Below, piece by piece: positions 56,136 to 64,000 of a stretch of DNA of 64,000 nt. Made by a program: the position numbers and the translations under genes. The notes beneath the pieces were generated by a model. It was not told where the DNA came from and did no database searches. It saw nothing but the letters and a program-made list of their open reading frames with translations. The stretch is from NCBI GenBank assembly GCA_951406725.2, contig OX597817.1, positions 148,738,001-148,802,000 on the forward strand. Reading direction: 5' to 3'. Numbering within the stretch: position 1 is the stretch's first letter; every line of letters starts with the position of its first letter. The stretch comes from Octopus vulgaris. Taxonomy: Eukaryota.

Positions 56136-58703
56136 TGCAAAGATCTATGAATCATACGCACAAATATACTTGTGCGCGTGTTCCTGTGAAGTGGTGTGGA
56201 CAAGTGTATTTGTTAATCTTTTAATATAAATTTGATATGCAGTTTATATGAAATATATATAACATAATATAATAAATTATATTATAATATAATATAATAT
56301 ATTATTATATTATATATAAAATTATATAATATGGAAAATATTATATATTATATATAAAATTATAATATAATATAATAAATGGTTTCAAATGTTTGTCACA
56401 AGGCCGGCATTCTTTGTAAGGTGGAACCGATTAGTCGATTACATCGATTCCGATACTTGGTTGCTGCTTCATGCCATGGCACTCGTAAGAACGAAACGTA
56501 ATGTTGATTTGAACTCAGGAAGAAACAATTCTTGCTGACGCGCTAAATACTCTGCTGGCTTGCTGCCTCATAATATAGTATACGATAAGATACGATATGG
56601 CATGATATAATATAATATACCGTAAGGGATTAAACAGATCAAATGCTATTTGGAAATGTTATTTTTACGATTTCAAACGATCTTTTTTAACTGAATCGAA
56701 ACAAATTTAGAAGTCGATGAGCCTTAAATGCATGCTCTGCTTTGTCGCTCGATTTGTTAGATATTGCAACAATATCTCCCTAAAAATCACCCCACCATTC
56801 TTAAATAGAGAAAGCACACGAGATACTAAGTTATTTAATATACAAGATAAGAATGGTATTCCTTTGATCCTATATTTGATCAATCAGAACTAATTTAGGT
56901 CTAAGCCACAACAACAATAACGTTAACAATACCAATAGAAGCCTCGAGCATCCATAAGTTTTTTGATCCCATTGAGATACGATTCCAATTACTTTTATCG
57001 ATAACATCCTATCTATATGTATGTAGATCGCATAAATCTTTCTCTTTCTACATAGATGGTTAATGACATGTATATCTATATGATATATAAAAATACATAT
57101 GTAAGATAACCACAGAAGTATGTAGAGGACCTACATTTTTAGATTGTTGCGTCTCAATTTTGGACACAATTCATATCAAGGGTAACTTTTAATTTAATTC
57201 CTTTTGCAAACACAAAATTCACTCCATCGATATATTTTGGTCGATGTAATAAATTAGGGTTGTCAGTTTACCAAATACATAATGTAATATATGAGATAAT
57301 CGGGTCGACACAAAAACTGGAAAGCCTTATCGAACTTTTCTTTTATAGGGTATCTTGTGGAATGGCTGTTACACAAATCTCGCATTACAAAGGGGTCGAC
57401 TTCACTGTTCATCCTTGCGAAAGGAAGAAACGCAAACCAATCATATCTTTAGCTCAGTTTACGGAAATATAGAGCCGAGCCTAATTAAACAAAGTAGTCC
57501 ACATTTGATTCCATAAAAGTTTGGAGTTACCATAAATGTTCCAAGGAAAGGCATGGTCATTTGGCAGTGATGGGAAAGGTTCCACGTGCATATACATGAT
57601 AGGTATATTCTGAAATGAAATGTTGATTTTAGATATATTTGCCATATAAAGAAAGGAAACACCAAAATGTAAGCCAGTTTAAAGCAGATTTTTATTTGAC
57701 CTGAAGTTGCCTGATGTCTGTTGACCAGAGATAACAGTGTGTAATGTGCTTGCATTGGAATTTATAGCACGAGATTTATAGAATCTTTTGCAGATTCTAC
57801 CATTTCTATTGTCGTTATATAGTATAAAAATATTTTCTTCCTTCCACAAACATGTTCACATACGTAGATTATTATGAAGAAATGGACAAACGGATACGTC
57901 ATTAGAAGTACGTCTTAAAATCGTTTTGTGTATTTTCCAAATGTTACTGAAATATGAACAGAGCGATGTGACATAAATTCATAGGTAGTCTATTAGTGTG
58001 ATCATGTTCCTGTGTAGGTGCCTTATCGATTCAAGGATCACGATACATTCAATACACTCGTCATTCTTGAATACAGTGTTATCTGAGATAACTTCTGATG
58101 TGGATAATCTTCGAGTTTCTATCGTATTTTGTCGACCACTAGAGGAACAAGAGTGATCGTGTAGATAATTTTATTCTTTAAACAAGTCAAATCCTCCGAC
58201 TAAATACTCGTTAATAGAGTCTCTCTGGGCAAAGATGTGCTCTCTCTCAGGCTTATTTCTGATGATTTTCGTTTAAAGAAAATGTACAGGCTATTCGACG
58301 AGCCCTAAATGAGGTACTGAGTTTGTTTCATACACAAGGATTACATCTAATGTAAGGTGTCAATGTGAACAGATTTATTTGAGGAATAATTTGCCAGACG
58401 ACACCAACTAACGTTCAAACTTCTAATTTCCGTATCAGTGGTATGGGTCAAACGGCAAAATATCAACAAAAAGATTTTCAGGTCTTCCGAAAGACATGAA
58501 TCATTTGTCTTCGACATGAGTAGACACAATCGGGTAGACTGAAGAGGAAAAAAATAACAAAAACTTAAAGAAATGACTGTTGATGAAGGAATATCTTCAC
58601 AAGAAATGAAGATTTCAGATTATTTAAAATTACAAGAATATGAAATTATGAATATGAAATATGAAATATATATATATATAAATACATATATATATATACT
58701 TAC

Positions 58704-58734
<31 letters not shown>

Positions 58735-58983
58735 ATTTCAACAATTGAGGGTAAAATTAATTAATTATTAATCAATTTCACCAAGTATTCAGTATGTTTC
58801 GAAAGCCACAATTTACCAAATTCCGATTGAATAAGGAGACCATATTGTGTCTTTCTCTTCAGGAAGAAATAGGAATTCCGTTGGCAGAACAAAAACAGAA
58901 CAGAGGCGCAGCAAAACAAATCGAACGAGGAGGCTCCTAAGGGCCCATGGCCAAACTATTTTACTAAGCCCTTATATATAATG

Positions 58984-59022
<39 letters not shown>

Positions 59023-59023
59023 A

Positions 59024-59088
<65 letters not shown>

Positions 59089-59145
59089 ATATTATTAGTG
59101 AATTGAAGAAATGGAGTTGAACGAAGATTGAACAGAAATCCTTTT

Positions 59146-59236
59146 ATTGCATTCTACACGTGTTTCGAAATCCACAATTTACCAAATTCCGATTGAATAA
59201 GGAGACCATATTGTGTCTTTCTCTTCAGGAAGAAAT
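59146..59236 (-). ncRNA. Type I hammerhead ribozyme in PLE repeat (copy with one stem II substitution)
   Basis: Minus strand: ttc CUGAAGA gaaagacacaat ... attgtggatttc GAAA cacgtg UA gaa; palindromic stem III acacgtgt. Confidence 0.72.
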
Positions 59237-59349
59237 AGGAATTCCGTTGGCAGAACAAAAACAGAACAGAGGCGCAGCAAAACAAATCGAACGAGGAGGC
59301 TCCTAAGAGCCCATGGCCAAACTATTTTACTAAGCCCTTATATATAATG

Positions 59350-59394
<45 letters not shown>

Positions 59395-59395
59395 A

Positions 59396-59522
<127 letters not shown>

Positions 59523-59573
59523 TTAGTGAATTGAAGAAATGGAGTTGAACGAAGATTGAACAGAAATCCTTTT

Positions 59574-59664
59574 ATTGCATTCTACACGTGTTTCGAAAGC
59601 CACAATTTACCAAATTCCGATTGAATAAGGAGACCATATTGTGTCTTTCTCTTCAGGAAGAAAT
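59574..59664 (-). ncRNA. Type I hammerhead ribozyme in PLE repeat
   Basis: Minus strand: CUGAAGA (59656-59650); stem II gaaagacacaat/attgtggctttc (11 of 12 paired); GAAA; stem III acacgtgt; GUA cleavage triplet; stem I ttc/gaa, extendable across a bulge. Confidence 0.78.
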
Positions 59665-59962
59665 AGGAATTCCGTTGGCAGAACAAAAACAGAACAGAGG
59701 CGCAGCAAAACAAATCGAACGAGGAGGCTCCTAAGAGCCCATGGCCAAACTGTTTATCAATGTAAGTTGAGAACGGGTGGTGGGTGCGTTGAAGATATCT
59801 ACAGGTCAGGCAGCGGTCAATCCGGTGGGTGAAAGCACGGGGTGCGTAGATGTTCTTTGTGACCGAGACTAAGGTTTTGACTATTTTAAGAATATTAGGT
59901 GTATTATATGGGGCGAGACAAAATCTACTTAGAAACATGTGTGTGTGAACTGTTCTATATGT

Positions 59963-60162
59963 GCGCGGCCGTAAGTTGGTAAAAAGCGCTACACAATGGT
60001 CACTGCTGAAAAATCCGTCAGGCGGCAGAAAATATTTTATGTGTTCGTGTGTTCGTTTAATCGCGCGGCCGTAAGTTGGTAAAAAGCGCTACACAATGGT
60101 CACTGCTGAAAAATCCGTCAGACGGCAGAAAATATTTTATGTGTTCGTGTGTTCGTCTAATC
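59963..60162. repeat. 100-bp direct tandem duplication in the PLE 3' UTR
   Basis: gcgcggccgtaagttgg...gtgttcgt(t/c)taatc at 59963 and 60063. Confidence 0.9.
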
Positions 60163-60337
60163 ATGCTTTGTCAAAACAAACCTCACGTCGTCAAAACAAA
60201 ACACCATTCGCCTAATGGGAGTAATTCCCCTTGCAAGGGTTAATCATATCTCTCTTAAAAAGCTATTTCAAAAAATTATTTCCAAGGGCTATTTTCATAT
60301 AAGTAGGGTAACCGGGTGCAGGTATCATTTATAAGCG

Positions 60338-62130
60338 TCATTTATAAGCAAGATAAGTATAACGCCGCCAATGGGGGCATCGAAAAGCCGACTGTAAAAG
60401 TCCGTTTACCATCCGGTCTCTGGCGAACAATATATGGAAAAGCTCAGAGACACAAAGGTTGCACTTCCTTCTGCCCCTATCAAATGGGAGGGCCACCGAC
60501 AAAATTGACCATTCCAGCCTGTAGCTTGAGTTCGTATTCTTCAATCGCCATATTAGCTTGCTAAGTCCCGTGGCTTGGTTTTTATTCACGTCGCGAAAAG
60601 TTGCGTAATGGTTGGAGATTCGTAAGGCCAATTTTGACGATGAGGCCCCGACATATGAGTAGACATTTGAGTCCGTGTAAACCTTGCATTGGTAAACGGC
60701 ATTTCTGGTCTTGGAGTTCCCCGACATGAACCTTATTCTATTAGGATTAGTTACTGAAATTAGAACTGCGTTACTGTTACTATATTGATTGCGAGAACTG
60801 CAACCGCTTACTACTTTATTTTCCACTAAGTCACTATTAACTAACGGAATAACCCCTGAGTCTTCACTGTCACTCAGAGGGCTGTAATTGCTAGTGTCCG
60901 TGGTACTGCTATTGCCGGAAACGATGCCGGAGTTGCTATTGGGACTCTCTACCCTAATGAGCCGAGTTGCGCTCACCTCACTACTGCCATTGTTATCGTT
61001 AATGACATCACCCTTATTTATATCTATACGCCTAGTATATAATCCCTGGTTGGAGCTGAGATTATCAGTCACTGTACTGGCTCTCATATCATTATTACTA
61101 CTATTATTATCCCTACTGAGCGTTAAACCGGGAGCGGACGAAGCCGTGCCTCCGGACAAAGGTGATAGGGTCTTAATAAGCAGCCTATTATTATGGGAGG
61201 CGATTATCTGGGTGAGGTTTTTAGTGTTGGAGAAAGCTATCCTAACTTTATGCGAGTTAACCGTGGAGTAATATTTGGAATTTCTGGGGAAGTTATTGGC
61301 GATGGCTTGTCGAAACAGGAGGGGGAGGTTAGTTCTAATCTGCTTACCAAAGGGAATTACAAACCATATATGCTTATTCCTATTTATGTGATGGGTCGGG
61401 AAACCAGCTCTCGCATTAGGGTGGGTGATTCTCGGATGAATAACGGGTTTTGGGTTAGTGTGAACCCCCCCAGACCGATAATTATCCTTGTTCGCTAAAT
61501 TAAATGCGGAAGTGCCTGCCCCGGCACCCGCCGCGCTCCCGTCACTACTTAAATTATTTATGTTATTATAGACGGCCCTATCCTGATGACCGAATGATGG
61601 CATCGGAAGGGCCGGATCAATATAAATTACCTTCTGCCTATAACCGGCCTTGGATAGTGCGGCGTTATAAAATTCCGCTTTCTGCATAAAAATATCTGCA
61701 CTGGCGGACAAGTTAGACAATCTTAGAGAGATGTTTTTAACCAAATTGTCTGTTACGGTTTTGGCATGATTGGAGAAGACACTGACATATTTCAAATTAG
61801 TGGAAGGCTTATGGTAAGGGCAGTATGAATCGCTATTAAGGTTAAGTGTAACGTCTAGGAAATTAGCCTTGGTGAGTTCATTATCAAAAACTATATTCAT
61901 GCCCATTCTATTAAAAAACCTAGCTAACCTACTCTTAGTTTTCTGCACTATTCTGTTCGTGGTGTTTTGCAGGTAAAACAGACAATCGTCACGATACAGG
62001 CCGCCCGCGATCTCCGGGAATTGGTCGGACAATTCGTAGAGAATATAGATTCCGACCAAATCGGCTATCTGCGCACTATCCGAACTACCCATAGGCACAT
62101 CAAATTCATTGGGAGTATCTTTACGGATCC

Positions 62131-62131
<1 letters not shown>
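60338..62131 (-). CDS. PLE polyprotein fragment: RT (LYRDD), thumb, long low-complexity linker, GIY-YIG endonuclease
   Basis: [40 protein letters not shown]...[15 protein letters not shown]...[19 protein letters not shown]. No stops over about 595 codons; the N-terminal MYVYIY.. is (TA)n read-through. Confidence 0.88.
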
Positions 62132-62221
<90 letters not shown>

Positions 62222-62225
62222 TATG

Positions 62226-62293
<68 letters not shown>

Positions 62294-62310
62294 TATATTA
62301 AGTAACTCTC

Positions 62311-62530
62311 AAGGCGGTGAGCTGGTAGAAGTGTTAGCACGCCGGACGAAATGCTTAGCAGTATTTCGTCTGCCCCAGCATTCTCAGTTCAAATTCCGCC
62401 CTGGTCGACTTTGTACTTTACCATTTCGAGTCGATGATTTAAGTACCAGTTGAGTACTGGGGCCGATGTGGTCGAGTGTCCCGCTTCCCCACAAAATCCA
62501 GGCCTTGTGTCAGTAGTAGAAAGAATATTA
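62311..62530 (+). mobile_element. SINE monomer (family of 1949-2362)
   Basis: aaggcggtgagctggtagaagtgttagcacgccggacgaaatgcttagc...cagttcaaattccgcc. Confidence 0.8.
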
Positions 62531-63032
62531 GAAACAACTTCGTGTGGACTGATTGTTAGCGCGTGTAGAGGGGTAATCTCCAACTCCGGTTGACGAATGT
62601 CAAATTCTATTTTAACAGATGAACGATAACTTGAAAAAGTAATATGAATAGCAACATGTCCTGCCCTTAGGACGAAGAAATTTGTCTGCGCGAGATCTTT
62701 ATTTTTAAGCTTAGTGAGTATAACTTTGGACACCGTGATCACCTCTTTAGACTACGAGATTGATGTCTCATATCATAATAATAACTGCTGATATAAATTG
62801 ATTCAGAAATAGTATTTCTGAAACTAACTCTGTCAAAATGTCCTTTTCTAGATGTTCGACAATGGGATTAATCGAGACGATTAGACGTTTTAAAAGAAGA
62901 TTGACGCAGAGAAAAGCAGTCACTATTAATTTCGATATATAAATGTGTGTGTGTGTATACATGCATACACAATATACATACATATATTCATATGTAAATA
63001 TATATATATATATATATATATTTACATATGAA

Positions 63033-63082
<50 letters not shown>

Positions 63083-63099
63083 TGTATAGATATATGTAT

Positions 63100-63271
63100 A
63101 GGCGTAGGAGTGGCCGTATAGTAAGTAGCTTGCTTACGAACCACATGGCTCAGGGTTCAGTCCGTGGCACCTTGAGCAAGTATCTTCTACGATAGCCTCG
63201 TGCTAACCAAATTCTTGTGAGTGGATTTGGTAGACGGAAACTGAAAGAAGTTCGTCGTATATATGTATGTA

Positions 63272-63365
<94 letters not shown>

Positions 63366-63598
63366 GTGTGTGTATGTGTTTGTATGTTTGTGTGTCTGTG
63401 CCTGTTCCCCCAATATCGCTTGACAACAGATGCTGGTGTGTTTACGTCCCCGTAACTTAGAGGTTCGCCAAAAGTGACCGATGGAATAAGTACTAGGCTT
63501 ACAAAGAATAATTCCTGGTTTCGATTTGCTCGACTAAAGACAGTGCTCCAGCATGACCACATTCAAATGACTGAAACAACTAAAAGTGTAAAAGAGTA
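63100..63598 (+). mobile_element. Microsatellite-containing SINE (third family)
   Basis: ggcgtaggagtggccgtatagtaagtagcttgc head; gaaagaagttcgtcg, then (TA)n(TG)n, then right half ending gactgaaacaactaaaag. Confidence 0.85.
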
Positions 63599-64000
63599 TC
63601 ATATGTGTGTGTGCGCATTTGCGCGTGCGTGTGTGCGATTCTGCATGTCTATGATAGTATATGTGTCTGTGGGAGGTTGGTATTGGTCTGCGTAAGTCAA
63701 AGACATTCAGTAAAATCGAATGTGTAGAATGAACCTGCCGTGGGAGGTGGAATATGCGAAGTTTCCGAGAGAATCATTCTTCAAGAAAAATTTCGAAAGG
63801 GAGAAATTAATAAGAGGCATCAGAGTTTTACATCTAAATTAAACTCTGCTGCTTTGCATTGATTCCCTCTACATCCAACTGTTTCCTGAAGAAGTACTAT
63901 GTCCGGAACGTTAAATTTTCTAAAATACACAGCAAGTTCACTGTAAATTGTTAGCTATTCAACTACATAGTAGGTTTGAGTATATCATACAAATGCACGG

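Noticed and set aside
58255-58290. ctgatga...gaaa motif
   Set aside because: No stem III/UH or stem I pairing; expected by chance in AT-rich DNA.
63881-63916. Degenerate hammerhead-like ctgaagaag...ccggaacgtt
   Set aside because: GAAA is GGAA and the stems are weak; at best a decayed relic.

Overview
AT-rich, microsatellite-dense animal DNA, intronic or intergenic. The tRNA-derived SINE families and the (TA)n/(TAGA)n/(TAA)n load suggest an octopod cephalopod (inference). I find no convincing host protein-coding exon, and most track ORFs are microsatellite read-through. The window is a mosaic of mobile elements: about 20 tRNA-derived SINE copies (several with clean TSDs), Tc1/mariner relics and a MITE, a CR1-group LINE, R4/Dong LINEs sitting in (TAA)n, and two 5'-truncated Penelope-like elements (PLEs; RT plus GIY-YIG) abutting (TA)n. 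The most notable signal is RNA-structural. Three unrelated type I hammerhead ribozyme families are readable in the sequence, each with a palindromic, loop-less stem III (dimer-type). One lies in an essentially non-coding, near-identical 485-bp head-to-tail array with an inverted 5' copy, inserted in (TA)n at 27905-29513. This is a retrozyme-like, possibly circular-RNA-forming element whose hammerhead carries an unusually long G-U-rich stem II. The other two lie in the 3' repeats of the PLEs.
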